This document shows, one piece after another, positions 1 to 13,541 of a stretch of DNA of 64,000 nucleotides. The notes below the pieces were generated by a model. The model was not told where the DNA came from and made no database searches. It saw only the letters and a program-made list of their open reading frames with translations. This stretch comes from Klebsormidium nitens (lineage: Eukaryota; Plantae; Klebsormidiophyceae): positions 248,001-312,000 of the forward strand of contig DF236971.1 in the NCBI GenBank assembly GCA_000708835.1, given 5' to 3'. The position numbers and the translations under genes were made by a program. The stretch's first letter is position 1. Every line of letters begins with the position of its first letter.

Positions 1-299
1 CTTACAAAACTATATAACTGCTTCATCATCGGGCATATACGACATACTAAGCTAGCCGGGCATGCATAAGGGGCCGGAATCATCCAATCATGATATCATA
101 TGTTTGTACTTAGGTTATCCTGTTTGGTCATTTATGTTCCACATTTGCAAGGGGTTACACTTCTTCAGGTCCCTGCTACTTCTGACACTTCTACGCATTC
201 CCTAGGCTCCATCCGAATGACACTTAATTGCGGAATCATGCTATCTACTTTTGAGTCGAGCGAGTTCACTAGGGCTGGTTCACAATCTGATTATCAAAC

Positions 300-3200
300 C
301 TAGGACGTTTGTCCCTTGCAAGCTTCCCTGTGCCCCTTCCGCCACGCAGCCGACTGGCATTCCCGTCCACAATATTTAGCCTGCGCAACAAACCATCTTT
401 GATTAGACCACTTCCCCTCTTCCCCAAATCTCCGTTCTTCGGTAGATAGTATGGATCGGTCCGTTTTCATTCATCGCTCGTGAAGGGCCAATCCAACAAC
501 CAAGCAGGTTATCAGCAGCACGCATCTGGATGCTAAGTTCCTCAATCTTCTGCTAAGGAGACAACTCGCGAACGGCTAGAGCTTTTTACCTGGCCCAAAT
601 AACCAAAGCAGACGGGTTGTACCGTTTTCGTCGGATCTTTTTGTCGTCGAACGGAGTAACAACCAGAGAGTCTGACTTCCGATTGCTGCACCAGTGACGA
701 ATAGAATCTACGAACCGAGCACGTCACATCCTCCTCCGAATAACGCGTTTTATTCGGATAAGACCAGTGGACACCGACCCTGCTTCAAAGCCACTCTGCC
801 CCCATCTTGCCCGCACGAACAAACACGAAAGCAAGAGCTAGCACGGACAGAGAAAACGCGCTTTCGCTTGCGCACCTTTCTGCAGACGCCGCACCGCTGG
901 AGCTTCTTCCCCTCCCGGGCCTTCTCCCCGCAGTGGTCGCACACCTTGGCCGCCGTGGCATCGCCTTCCCGGGTGCTTTCCCCGGGTGCTTCCCGCGTGC
1001 TTCCCCCGGACGCTCCAGACTCGTTGCGGGCGCCCGAAACCGCGCGAGCTGCGGACGCCCAAAAGGAATAAGAGATTCTGACGGCTGTGTCTCTTTAAGA
1101 CAAATATTGCTTTCGGTTACTCGTGCCCTTTCTGACAAGGCTCCGGAATCTTTTCGCCAGGACCTGCGGCCGCTGCAGGCGTCAGAAGAAAAGGGATCAG
1201 ACGACATGACCGGTTGTACGTCTTTACGACTGACTTACTGCTTCCGGAATACTGTGTGTGTTTTCTTCAAACGCTTCGGACTCGTTGCGTGCGCCCGAAA
1301 CCGCGCCAGCTGCGGACGCCCAAAAGGAATGTACTCAGAAGTTTTTGCAGGGATTATTCAAGACTGGCGTACTGCCCCCAGCTTCCCGTGTGCTTTTCTC
1401 GGACGCACCGGACTCGTGGCGTGCGCCTGAAACCGCGCCAGCTGCGGACTTACAACGAAAGGGAATCAGAGATTCTGACCGGTCTGTATGACTTTTGAAC
1501 TCGCTTATCGCCTCCGGCTTCCGTTTTCATTTCATAATAATCTCTTTTAGCGGGTCCTGGTTGCGTGCGCCAGAAGCTGCGCCAGAAGGGGACGTCACTA
1601 GAAAGGAGGACGAGAGATTCTGACGCTGGAATGGCTTTGAGACCGCCTTATGCGGGTACCGGCTCTGTGTGTGCTTGCCCCGGACTCGTCCGGTGCTCCG
1701 GAGACAGCTCCAGCTGCGGCGTTCGCAAAAGGATGGTAAACAGGGTCTTCAGCGGTCCTTGCCTTTGTCCTTGTCCTCGTGTCTGCAGACGACAACGCAG
1801 ACCAGCCCGCTTCAACCGCGTACTTCTGTCCGAACCCCGCGGCACGTCAGCATTGGCTGCAGCACCTTTCCGTCAAGCCCAGATACCTGGATACGATGTT
1901 ACCAGGTACAGCCCTCTATCTTCAGTGATCTGAAGATTCCACTAAAGCCGCAAGAGCTTCCATCGACCGGCACCCTTACTTGAACGAGGGCATGGGTAAA
2001 ACGAGTTCAAGAAATGGGATACTTTGCTCTCGTCTTGCCAGACAACCCGACAGACTGATCGACTGTTGGAATAGTGTCTGAGGCGCCGCGGAAAGGAGTC
2101 AGGACTTCAAAAACAGACCAGCACCGCTGTGTGCATTCTCTTTTCTTGCTTTGGATTGTCTCTGTCTGTGTAGCAGATCTTACCCCGGAGGGGATAGGGT
2201 CGTTGCTAGTGGGGCTCGCACCCCCGCTTTGCTCCTAGGTTCTACTCTAGCGCACGTGTAGATTTAACGAGGAAGAAGCCGGGGGGCAAGCAGTGACCAC
2301 AATTGCTTCAAGCTCTTCCCAGGAAATTGCAAGCCTCTATGTTTAAACCCGTGCTCGTGGCTGCGTCCGTTTGCTACCAAGGAGATTTTTGTGGCGTCTT
2401 CCTTCGAAGGACTCTTCAAAGTAAGAGGGTCTTGACACCGCAAACAGATTTCATTTCGTTCGAGCCGTTCCGTCCATGCATACACAAAGCTACGAAGAGG
2501 CTTCCAGAGGAATCGTAGCCTTACCTTCAAGCGCTGCACATTTTTGCCGGTACTCAAGCAGCTCTCTTCTGACGTCAGCCGCTGTCGGCGGGTCCTTCGC
2601 GAGCAGAACGCGCACTGCCTTCCCGAAAAAGGCGCGGCGCGCAGCCGCGAGGGCCTCCTTGGCGCGCGCCTCGGGGGTGGATTGACGCCAGCCGCCTGGA
2701 AACACTTTTTCTTTTCTCCTCTTTTACCTTGACATCTCCTCAGAGCTTTGGATTTGTGTTTTCTGGGATTTCTTTCTAGTTAAAAATATGCTTTTTAACC
2801 TAGAATCTTTAGAAAGAGGGGGGGGAGATTCCGTGATTCTATGAATATTGTAAAACCTTACTCGTTTTTAGGGTGCAGTCTAAGTTGGCCCCCGATGTAG
2901 CGGGTGGGCGAAGGTCTAATTCGCCCGGGTACCATGATCAATGAGCAAAGCATGGAATTAATCATAGAGAGCAGCTTAGGGAAGCCGCGAAGAGGTGAGC
3001 AGATTTTGCTCGGAAAAAATCAGAAAGGGCTATTGACGCGATATGTGCGTGGTAGGGAAAACATAGAGACCGATGTGGCCCAGGACCACCGGGGACGGTC
3101 GAAGAGGGTGTGGTGTAACCCGTAACTTGGTGGTGACCAGAAAGACCGCATGCCAACTTTCAGGTCGCTGGACACAGTAGCACGTACTCAACTTCTCGAA

Positions 3201-5701
3201 GATACAAGAGCAGGACCACCGTGAAACATCGTGCTCAGACTCCTCTTTCGGACTCTAGGGGTCTAGAGTTCAAGGGTTTTAGTGGTTTACATTTCCAGGT
3301 AACCGAAGACATGATCGGGTATCCTTGGCCTGCTAAACCCCTGGACATCGTTGCGCGCTGCGACACACTTTCTACGCATCCCATACGGATCTTTCCCTTG
3401 ATCTTTCGATCTCAAATACCGAGGGGCACAACGGAGTCGAAAATTCACAGAGTTGAACGAAGAAAAGGAACCGACCCCTCAAACATGCGCGGCCGGCTCA
3501 CCCGTGCTGTCCACCCATCGCCGCACCTGCTGCGTGTTTTCGGCCAGCTTCTCTTGAAAGAGAGCGGTCCCCGGAGCGATGTTGAGCTTTCTGACTGCTG
3601 CTTTAGCGGTGGCGATGCGCTCTTCGTTTGAAGCGGGGAGGTCCAGCTCCTTGAGCCACGTCAGATAGTTGCCGTCGAGGCACTCGGCGTAGGCCTCCAA
3701 CTTGGACGCCTGCAAAATTGCACGATTGTTGTCAGCGACTGATCGGTTTGTTCAGATTCTATTCACACCTCAGGCCTGCGACGTGAGAATGATGGCGAGC
3801 ATCTTTCACAAGATCTCACGAAGATCAGGATCCGAGCAGAGAAATGGAAGAGGTAACGACCTGGAGACGGAAACATTTTCCAGATCCCTTTCCAGCAAAC
3901 AGAGCGTTAATGTTCTGATCACCGGGGCGGATATGAATCTCAATCTCACAGCCTTCAGAGCGGCGAGAGGGTTTCCAAACTTAGAACCATACAACTTCCC
4001 TCACCTTGATCACCAGATCGTCCGCGTCTGCCACATGTAACCGCTTCAGCTCCGAAAACAGGCACCCGTTCATCCAGTTCCGCGCCCCGGGGTGCCCCCC
4101 GGGGCCTCCGATCCCCCTTCTCAACTCGTCGTTGATCCTTTCGACGCCAAAATCATCCCGACACAACGAAACTGCGCACGCCAGAATGTGCTCGTCATGC
4201 ATCGGTCCCCCCCAAGGTTCGTTCCGGAGGAGTATCGGCCGCAAGGTTCCGAAGTACTCCTCAGTTTTGCCCTTGGTTATGGCGGCGGTGGTTTCCAGAA
4301 CCATGTCCCAAACCCAGGGGCATTCGGAGGGGAGGTCCCAGGCGGCAAACATGTCCTTGGCATGATGAACAACGTATTCGCCTGCAAATCGGAATGGAAA
4401 GAGTTGCACGACGTTGAAGGCTGATGGAACGTTTCTGATAGAGAGAAAGCTTTTCTAGAGAAGGCTTTTCTGGTAAAGACGAGGGTTTTTAAAAATCAGT
4501 TGTGTACCACAATTAGAGGACTGATGTAATCTGGGGTGACCAGGGTTGGACAGATTGGAACAGGACCTGGATGTTTTGAGGTGGATCTGATGTGTACGAG
4601 AGGGTACAATGACCCTTCTGGCTGGTTGTGAACACTAAAAAGGTACCCAGACTGCTGTAGATCGATGACACCAAAACATCTTTGCAATCACAGCGAGTAA
4701 TACTGCTAATAAAGACTCCCTCCCGTTATAGAAGCAGTACCAGTGTCCTCAAACCAGACCAATGGAGGGACACTCGAAATGAAAACAATTTCAAAGGGGA
4801 CTGAAAAGCCCCACTCCTCACCTCTGTCCCACTCCCCCATCAACAACGCCAGCTTCCGCAGCTGCTCGTCTGAGCACAGTGGCAGGAACGGCGTGAGCGC
4901 ACGCGCAGCATGATTGCAGATCGAGCCCCGGGGGTCGTCGTAGTCGAAGGCCTCGGCCACAGCATGGCCGCAACACGCAATCTCGACCAGCTCGTCAAGA
5001 ACGCCCTTCAGCTTTCCCGCCGCACCTAGTTCTTCTTCCGACAGCTCGGCCCACATTCCTTCCTCCGCAGGCTGTACGGACTGGAAGTCCGAATGTGGTT
5101 GTCCAGATTGGCTTGGATTGTCCAAACCTGGCTGTCCAGATTGGTTTGCCGTTTCCGAATGCTGATTGTTTGGCGCGCTAGAACCTTGCTCACTAGCCGG
5201 TTTCTTTGCTTGAGCCTGGAACGGGCCCCTGATCTCCGCAAACACAGTCCCGGACGCCTGCACAAACTCCTGCGGCGAGTCCTCAATGTCAAACACGGCC
5301 CCATACTCTTTCACAAGCGCCAGCCTGTAGTCGGCCTTCGCAACCCCCGCCTGCACTCGCAACGCCCTTTTTCTAGCCTCTGCAAGCATTCCAAACTCGT
5401 CCTTTGTGTAAGGGCTCCTCCGCCGCGGTCCGCCCCCCCCCCTGTGGAAGTTCTCAAACGGGTCATGCCCCGAAAGTCTGCTCTTGAACCGCTCCCCCCG
5501 CCCCAGGTCGAGCATCCCGGTCTCCACCAGCTGCCAAGTCTTGAAGCGCTTGAGCAGCTTCTTGCGCTCCTTGGCGCGGTCCGCGTCCGAGGGTTTCTTC
5601 TTCAGGTCGGGCCCGTTGGTGGCCATGTAATGCTGCGCCTGGAGGAGGATGTCGCGCAGCGCCTGCGCGTCCTCCCCGTTCATGCCGGGAAAGGGGAACA
5701 T
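300..5701 (-). CDS. Multi-exon gene for a large protein with a C-terminal MYND-type zinc finger
   Basis: Exons read by hand: 5701-4822, an exon starting at 4381, ~3715-3479 and ~2690-2520, then repeat-derived exons. An exon ending at 876 (CDHCGEKAREGKKLQRCGVCRK, GT donor at 875) splices to 380-300 (AKYCGRECQSAAWRKGHREACKGQTS*), completing the CxxC..CxxC..CxxxC..HxxxC MYND pattern. Middle exons only partly resolved. Confidence 0.8.
1015..1720 (-). repeat. Five tandem diverged copies of an exon segment (AGAVSGAxxESGAS-like) in the MYND gene
   Basis: Motif GGACTCGT..CG.GCGCC.GAAACCGCG..AGCTGCGG recurs near 1015, 1278, 1410, 1555 (partial) and 1682. Confidence 0.85.
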
Positions 5702-5837
5702 TGTGACTTGATGGACCTCGAGACCAAGGAGATCTACCTAGATTTCAACAGAGCGCCTTAGCTTTCTGAGGTTTCTGAGAAAAGACCACGTTCTTCAAGT
5801 TCAGGCTTCAACTTCAAGTTCAGGCTTCAAGTTCAAC

Positions 5838-6095
5838 TACCGTACCAGCGTTTAATTTCGTTTTTAATTAAATAATTGTTTGGGCTGCCGAAAATTTTGG
5901 AAAATGTTTGTGTTCGATGACGAAAAGGTCAAATAAAATTTTTGGGCGTTAAAGGCTGGTAATGGTTGTTTTTAGAAGAGGAATGCTACTTTTACGAAAT
6001 GTTGGAAAAATAGAAAACACTCCGCCGAAATGTCAGATCGATTAGAAATTAATTAATTGGCACCCAGACCGACAAAATCAAACGCTGGTACGGTA
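5838..6095. mobile_element. MITE-like non-autonomous DNA transposon (Tc1/mariner-pogo-like ends)
   Basis: 14-bp perfect TIRs CCGTACCAGCGTTT (5840-5853) / AAACGCTGGTACGG (6080-6093) with TA on each side. AT-rich non-coding interior. Also flanked by a 13-bp direct repeat CTTCAAGTTCAAC (5825-5837, 6096-6108). Confidence 0.75.
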
Positions 6096-6838
6096 CTTCA
6101 AGTTCAACTTCTTTGTTGTCCTGCCTAGCTCAGCCTAGCTCCACCTCCCGGCCTTTCATCATAGCTGGAGTTCTGCGCTCTCTCGAGATGTGAACCCCCG
6201 GGTTGCGGGTGCCGGGTGAAACAACCCCTCGACGGTCTCGGGACACCCTCCCGGCCATTTCAAGGAAAAAGATACGCCAAACCCTTAAACCCTGACATAG
6301 GGCGATGGCAAGGCCAAGCGGGCCGGCCGCGGCCGCGCCATCCATGCAGCCTGATGCTGCTTTTGCAGCCGCAAATGTTGTGATTGCAAGCTTTGAACTT
6401 GTTGTAGGGCGTTCACAGTCTGATCAGGCCGTCTGTGCCGTCCAATTCGGGTGGCGTAACCAGCATTGAAGCTCTTGAGTTCAGGGATTGCAGGGCGGGC
6501 ACGGGAAGCGGCACACGGACGCAAGGGCGGGCTTTGGGTAGGGCGGCAGGAATCACCAAAGCAAGCGCTGTAGAGTAGTTCAGATAGCAGCATACCATCA
6601 AAGGTTCCCTAAATCTGAGCGGAAGACTTTCTTGATAGCCTAGACTTTAGCCTAGCTGTTGTAGTTGTTTCTGTCACTGAGTCGTATCACCAACGATGCG
6701 TCCTATTTCTGCAAGCTCATAAGTTTTGTCGTTGGTTGTGGACCGCAGACCACCGCACTTCACATCAGACCGATGTTCCGAGCGCAAGATATGTTAAACA
6801 ATCTTTGAAATCTGGATCCTTCTTTGATATTCAATACG

Positions 6839-9800
6839 ATGCTGTCAGCGGCCCGCCGGCTCGAGCTTCTCGTCCCGTGTGCGCCTCTCCCCCTTCTCGG
6901 CCCTACGGCACGGCACAGCAATCCTCAGCACCGCCGGATTCATCAGACTTGGACTTGCGCAATGAGCTCTCAAAACAATGGAAGCCCCCCCAAGCTGGAC
7001 ACTTCGGTGAAGCCTCCCTGTCCAGTGATGGATCCTGGAATTGAAGCATTGGTGCAAGCGATACATGCAACACCCATGCGTGCAATGCTGCTATTCTCAG
7101 GTGGAGCTTCTCAGGTGAGTTAACTATTGGATGCAATTGGCACTTAGTTGCAAGTCTACTCACAGGAAGTCCTCCTCAGAATGCTGTTGACTCCCAAGGT
7201 TATTGTACTTAGAAGTAGGAAATCTGCATCGAATTTGGAGTGTTTACATTTTAGACTAGTTCAAACACTCAAGTTCCCACTTGCGTTCCTGCCATTTGGT
7301 GCGGTCTTTCAAGTCTGTGTCAGAATTTACTCCTTTGTGTTTGTTCTGCCCTTCTGTGAACGAGCAACCCGCAGCACGGCACAATTCTCAGGCAGGTCGC
7401 TTCGCGGACCAGTGTTCCTTGGATTGATCATTGACTGAAAGTTCCTCTGTGAGATACTTATCATGCGGTGACCTTTCTGACAGGCCCTCAGCTGGCTTCT
7501 CTCAGTTCCTGGGGCTTCAAGTACTCTGCTGGAGGCAACAACACCATACTCAAGAAGAGCCCTCCATTTGGCTCTTGGCAAGGTAGCAAGATACTTGCTT
7601 GGCCTTCTGAGAACGGCGTTAAGGCAACTGAGCACTGTTTCAGCTACATTTACGAGGCCACAGTCTTTCAGTTGACTTGAAAGAGATGTTTCAGCAATTT
7701 TTGTCTGTTCTCCTTCCCTTCTGGAAGTAACTGTCATAGCAGACTGCAGTCTGTCACAATATCCTCACACACTTTTCCATTTGACGATAAGTTCCAGAAA
7801 GCCTTTGCAATTTTGTTCTTGCCTGCTCTTATATGGCAGAGAGGTACAAAAGCTGGTTATGGTCTATCAGCTCAGAAGAGGCTTTAATATCTCCTCATGT
7901 TATGCAGGAGCCAGAGCAATTTGCGAGCCAGGCAACAGCCAACGATATGGCCCTGAAGGCCTACAACAGAGCGCTTATGTTGGCAGGACCTGGTAGGTTT
8001 TACTCTTTCTTAAGCCTCACATCCCCACATCCCCCGCAGTTATGGTTGCATTCTTAGATGCCGAGAGGTCAATACATCCTTTCTTTCGTTTGAAAGCCCT
8101 GCCGTAAGTTAATGGCTGCCCCCGGGGCAATCTTCGAATTGAGCTGGCAAGCACCTTTGTCCTGAGCTTGATATTAGTGCCCCCAGTACGAGACCGGGAG
8201 AGCTCAAAAGACAACCAAAACCAATCTCATATCTCATAGTATGCCAATTTGGATACAGAGGCACTATCAGCTCGAAAAGTTCTCTTGAAGCTGATCTTAA
8301 GTTTGTTTTATACGCTGTGGTTCAAGCTGGATCGGAACCTACGACATGCCTTTTAAACCAAGCCCCGAGGACTCTGTCAATTCTGAGACCTACTGTGGTG
8401 CAACTCTGCAGGTGTCCCGGTTGCTGGGATCGGTTGTACCTGTGCGATTGTCTCTGGGGCCCCAAAGAGGGGCGACCACCGGTCAGTGCTCAAAGACCCT
8501 CGAAAACACAATTGTTTCCAGTGACTTTTGTTTCGCCCACTCTTATCATTGCTTCTTTCGCTTCATCTGGTTCCCTTGCGAGCTTTGTGGATTGCACGGT
8601 CACACCGTCTTAGCTATAACGAGTCCAGGCTTGAAAAGCGCGACATTGGGTCTGCATCCTGGTCGACCATCAACCTCAAAGGCAGTCCCGAATTGGGCAC
8701 AGATCCTTTCAAGGATATTCCTACTGCTTTTTCGTGTCAGCTGGTTCGAACGCTTCCTAGGCCACGTTGCCAATCAGGGCATCGCAGATTTGCTGACGGA
8801 TTGGGTCCTGTGTGCGGCTCCTTTGGGAGGCTGTCAGAATGCGAGAACTCGCTTGCTTTTCTTGTCAAAGTCTCTAGTTGGACAAGCCCACATTCCGGCA
8901 CGACACTCAAGACGTTCCATAGAAATCATTGTTCGTTCACCTGACACACAGCCTGTGTCTGAACTGAAAGAATCTAGGATCACGTCACTTTGCTTTGGGT
9001 TACATGTGAACAGGCGCCGTTCGGTGCAGGTGTTTTGTGGCCGCGCGCACCCAGGAACGCACGTGGGAGGCCGGCATGTTCCTCGACAAGGGCCTCCGAG
9101 ACCGCCTCGGGGAGGATGACGTCACCAGCAGGCTGCTCCTGCAGGTGCGTGCCGAAAGCTGACGTAACCAGCAGCCTGCTCTTGCACGAATACTCTTTGA
9201 AGCTGACTTCATTAGGTCTGCTCCTGCTGGTGCGGGGTTAAAAGCTGACGGCTTGGTTCCTGAGGAACGTCCTCTCTGTCCAGAGAAGCAGCATGGCAAT
9301 TCCCCGCTCGTGGCTGAGGTCGTTTGCCCTCGTCGCTCGTTCCCTGGCTGGATTGGTTGTGATTCATAGTCTTTGAGCAATCTGCAGTTCCCGATGGCTC
9401 CAGAACCTTCATCAAAAAGCTCTACCAACGCATCGTCATACAGCTAAGTCGACGGATATATCTGGTACTCGGCATCTATCTTGTAATACCCATTCGCATC
9501 GAAACCTCCCACTTCCTTCACCACTCCTTCCGTGCCGCTCCAATCCGCCGCCGCTCGCTTCTCTCAGGCGATCGCAAACGCCAGCGGCGTCCCCCGCCAC
9601 CTGGACCTCCGCTTGACCGACTCCGAGGCGCAGCGTCTCCAATGGTCCACTCGGTCTTTCTCCCGCGACGAGCAACTCGAGCAGCTCTTGCGGCGCGAGG
9701 TGCCGTTCGTAACGTTTCTCCCCGAGGGCCTGAGCTTGGAGGGGAAGCGGCGCGTGATCCTGCCCGGGTCGTTTAACCCGCTGCATGAGGGACATCTCGG

Positions 9801-12413
9801 GATGATGGATGCGGCGTGCAAGTAAGTGCATATTCATCTTAAGAGAGATTGAAGCTTTCGTTTTCTTTCGGACAATCGCTCGACCTGCACCGTATCGAGC
9901 AATCTCTTAGTGAGTGCCACTCGGCTTGATTCTGGCAAGAGGCTTTTGAAACTGGTGACGGGGACATTTTCAGTCTGGAGGGGAAGCGGCGGGTGATTCT
10001 GCCCGGGTCGTTCAACCCGCTGCACGAGGGGCAGCTCGGGAATTGTGGACGCGGCGTGCATGTAGGGGCCTTTCTTAACATGCGTTTCGTGTTTCATGGG
10101 AGAAGGTTTCGGAAAGAAGGACACACCTTTTCTTTGGGCTTTTCAACACGTCTCGTTGAATTTGGGAAATTCTTTAAGGCAAAGGATAGTCTTTCCACTT
10201 TGGGAAGAATGTCTGGACAATCAGTATATATCTGCTATCAACACGAGACTCGTCGCACTTGTCAGTACTGCCCTTTTACATGGTTTGGGCCTATGAAGGC
10301 TTTGAATCGGGGCATGAGGACCAATGCCTTTTTTCACAACCGCAGTTTACAAGCAACGACAATCACGTCCGATCCTACTCCATGTGCGTCTGCCATACTA
10401 TTGTATGCAATATAGCCGGCAATTCAGTCGTTCCCAGCATCAAACTTTAGCGGAAGGGTTATGCTCCCTTTTGCAGGTTGGTTCGTAACCCCGCCCCCTG
10501 CTTCGAGCTATCGGCCACAAACCCTGACAAGCCGGCGCTTCCCGTAGACGAGATCCGACGGCGAGCAAAGCAGTTTGAAGATAGAGGTACGCATCCAAGA
10601 TTACCAAAGTCGCGTGTGTTTGATCTGCAACTCGGCAGAAAAGACTGCTCGCGAAGCCTTTCAGCGTTTTTATGCAACAGTCTGGACGCAACTTTGTCGA
10701 GTGACGCAGAACGACAAACTATTGATCTTCACCTTGTATAACCGCTTTTGTCAAGGACGCCGTTTTGTTCAGGAGTCCACTCGAGTGTCGCTTGTGCAAG
10801 GCATGGGTTTGTACTTTAAGCCATCTCTAAGCCAACTTCAAGTCTGCTCCGACTAGCTTTTTACGGATTTTTTTAACGATTCTTTGCTGTTAACCCGTTC
10901 TACCGGTGCTTCTGACAAATCTGCTCAGTTCAAGAATACAAGAAGATCTCGTACAGAGCAGAAATTGCCCCCCAACGTCATTACCTGCTCCATACCCTAG
11001 GAGGTGTTTACCGGTTCTAGTCGAGTCTGTAAGACGTTGTACAGTACTCATGGTGTCTCACAATTCCGGCACAAATGGCCAATGAGAGATTCTCAAAGGG
11101 CGCAAACGTGGGTGTTTCGCAGGCTCGATGCTGGTCGTGACGGACGCGTCCCTCTTCACACGCAAGGCCCAGCTGCTTCCGGACAGCACCTTCGTGGTCG
11201 GAGTCGATACCGCCAAGCGGCTCTTCATGGTGAGGCGGAGCATCAACTGAAAGACAGAGCAATCCGTGAAATGGACGTTTGAACTTCTACAAATAAAGCC
11301 TTTCAAGTTGCGTTGAGACAGCACCTTCGTGGTCGGAGATGATACCGCCAAGCGGCTCTTCATGGTGAGGGGAAAGGTGACGTCAACCGAAGGACTTGAC
11401 AACCGTCGACGCTCGTATCTTTCTGGGTTTGTTCAAAGCAAGCTTCCGATTGCCTTGAATAACAAGTTCGTCATCTGGTCGGTACAATCAGGAGGCGCTC
11501 CAAGGTGACGGAGCAGAGGGGCTCAAAAAAAGAGGAGCTTCAAATTCCCTGAGGGTCAGCCTTCGGTTTGCGTTGGGACAGCACTTTCGGAAATTGGAAT
11601 TGATACCGCTCAAAAAGGCTCGTCATCGTGAGAAGTCATGTCGTCAGGTCAGGGACCTGGCACCTGTCCACCTTCAGAGGAGACGTCACTCTAGTTCGGC
11701 CGAATCAGCTTCCGACCTGCGCTTACAATAGCAGTCTAGGACACAAAACGCCTGAGGCTAGCATAGGTATTAAGCTCACCACTTCAAGCCTTCATCTGCG
11801 TTGAAAACGCAGTCGCAGACCGGAATGGGAACTACCGAGGCTCCCAGAATCTGCCTAACATGTAGTGTATTAACGTTCTGCCGTGCAGAAAAAGTACTAC
11901 GACGACAGCCGTGCAAACATGATCCGAGAACTGTCTCAAATGCGGGAGAACGGGTGCGACTTTGCCGTCGCTGGGAGGGCTCTTGGGGAAAATGGATTCG
12001 AGGTGAGAGCAACATTGTCTTTTCCGCGAACATAGGGTCCACCTCGAATCTTGCACGTTTGGTAGGCTAAATCTGGGTCGGCCGTTATGGTTCCTTCTTC
12101 TATCTTCTGTTGCGTTCATAATCGCATGTAAAGTTTCATACAGATCTGAAAGGGTTTCAACTGCGGACCGGTCTATGATGTGGGTTCTACCTCTCCCATG
12201 TCCCCTGTGTTCTGCAAGAAGGACTTTATCAAACCAAGGAAAACGAGATCGGTGTTGACGACTCCCTCGGATTCTCCCTGGGTGCAGCGTCTCGAAGACA
12301 TCGAAGTTCCTCACGAAGTTGCGGACATCTTCAAAGCGATCCCGGATTTTAGAATGGATATCTCTTCCACCGAGCTCCGAAAGAAGCTCCAAAACGCTGC
12401 TCCGAAAGGATGA
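6839..12413 (+). CDS. Nucleotidylyltransferase-superfamily protein (CinA/PncC-like N-domain plus HxGH NadD-like domain), multi-exon
   Basis: GT-AG exons give SGGASQ|ALSWLLSVPGASSTLLE..., ILPGSFNPLHEGH, PCFELSATNPDKP, FVVGVDTAKRL, DFAVAGR and DISSTELRKK...*. The HxGH and ISST motifs are typical of the family. Confidence 0.9.
9974..10065 (+). repeat. Intronic degenerate copy of the HxGH-encoding exon end (source ~9736-9825)
   Basis: Near-identical to the preceding exon, but HEGH is changed to HEGQ and there is a 1-nt indel afterwards. Confidence 0.85.
11182..11635 (+). repeat. Three tandem copies of an exon 3' end plus donor (GACAGCACCTTCG...CATG|GTGAG)
   Basis: Copies start at 11182 (true exon), 11317 and 11577 (more degenerate). 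Confidence 0.85.
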
Positions 12414-13541
12414 AGCTCGTATGCTGTGCTCTATTTGGTAACTACTTGGACGCCGAATCTGTTGTCCCACTTCTCATGGGCGTGTCGAAGTTGCAAGTCA
12501 GTATCGTCGTTCACTGTAATGTGCCAATAATGCCATGATGAGCTCCTTCCTCACTGAGCAACAAAGGAAGTGATCATGGACCTTCATGAAGATGAAGGAA
12601 CCCTTCAAGTGCATGCATAAGGTGCAATCATCAAAGCCTATGGCCTATTTGGCTACGGCGAGTACGAAAAGAGACCATCAAAAAGCTACCTTCAAATTGT
12701 CGGACGCGGCGGGGTTCGATGGACCGTGCGCTGTTAAACTGTGCCGACGTTGCTAACTGTTCATATATGCAGTACCATGCCAGTGCATCATGGTGACTGG
12801 CGATATAAAGCTGGCCATATGGGACCCCAATATTGCCCGCGCGCGCGGCGAGCCTGGTTAGACGAGGTTACATGCGACGAGCGATTCGAGGCCCATGTGC
12901 CGCCATGGCATGCAATCAACTTTACTAAAGCAACTATGCATAATCATTCATGCTAATCGGCGCGCATCCCGGCGGCCGCGGCTAGGACTCTCATGGGCCT
13001 AGGCGGCGCGCACACGTCGACTATTGCATGAAGTTTCTTACAAGCATTAGTAATTTAGGTATTAAGTTCATCTGCCCGCGGGCCATTTTGAGCGCATGGC
13101 TAGATCTAGCATTTTCTGATATCATCGATACCGACGATCGAGCACGCAGATCGTAATTAACGATTGCGCAGAGTTATAGGTTAATTCAACAAATGAATTG
13201 CACGTTGGGGTCCGCAAAAGCTCTTCAGCTTTAATTAACTTGGGCATCTGGCCGGGGCCGCCCGGCCTCACCTATAATTGCCGCCTGCACATCGGATTCC
13301 CGACCTTAAACAAAAAGCCCCAGCCGCCGGTTAGCAATGAAACATACCGACCAAGTCAAAATAATGATACGACCTGATTTATCTAGCTTTTGAGCAAGTA
13401 ACATACTGGTTAGAAAGCAACGACACTAATAGTCGGACATTGCAGTCAAATTGAAGTCCCCCTGGAGCTTTCGAAAGTTCGCTAGTCCGCACAACTCAGG
13501 CCGTCGGACGGTAGCAACAAATAGCGATATGTACAAAGTGA

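Noticed and set aside
2760-3450. AT-rich hairpins and short ORFs in a MYND-gene intron, possibly organellar or TE DNA
   Set aside because: There is no recognisable gene or RNA motif, so it cannot be supported without a search.
12690-13440. Palindrome-rich intergenic stretch (NotI, PacI, SalI, ClaI-like sites; GC hairpin at ~13250)
   Set aside because: It may be a TE remnant, but I found no TIRs, TSD, Helitron-type ends or coding capacity.
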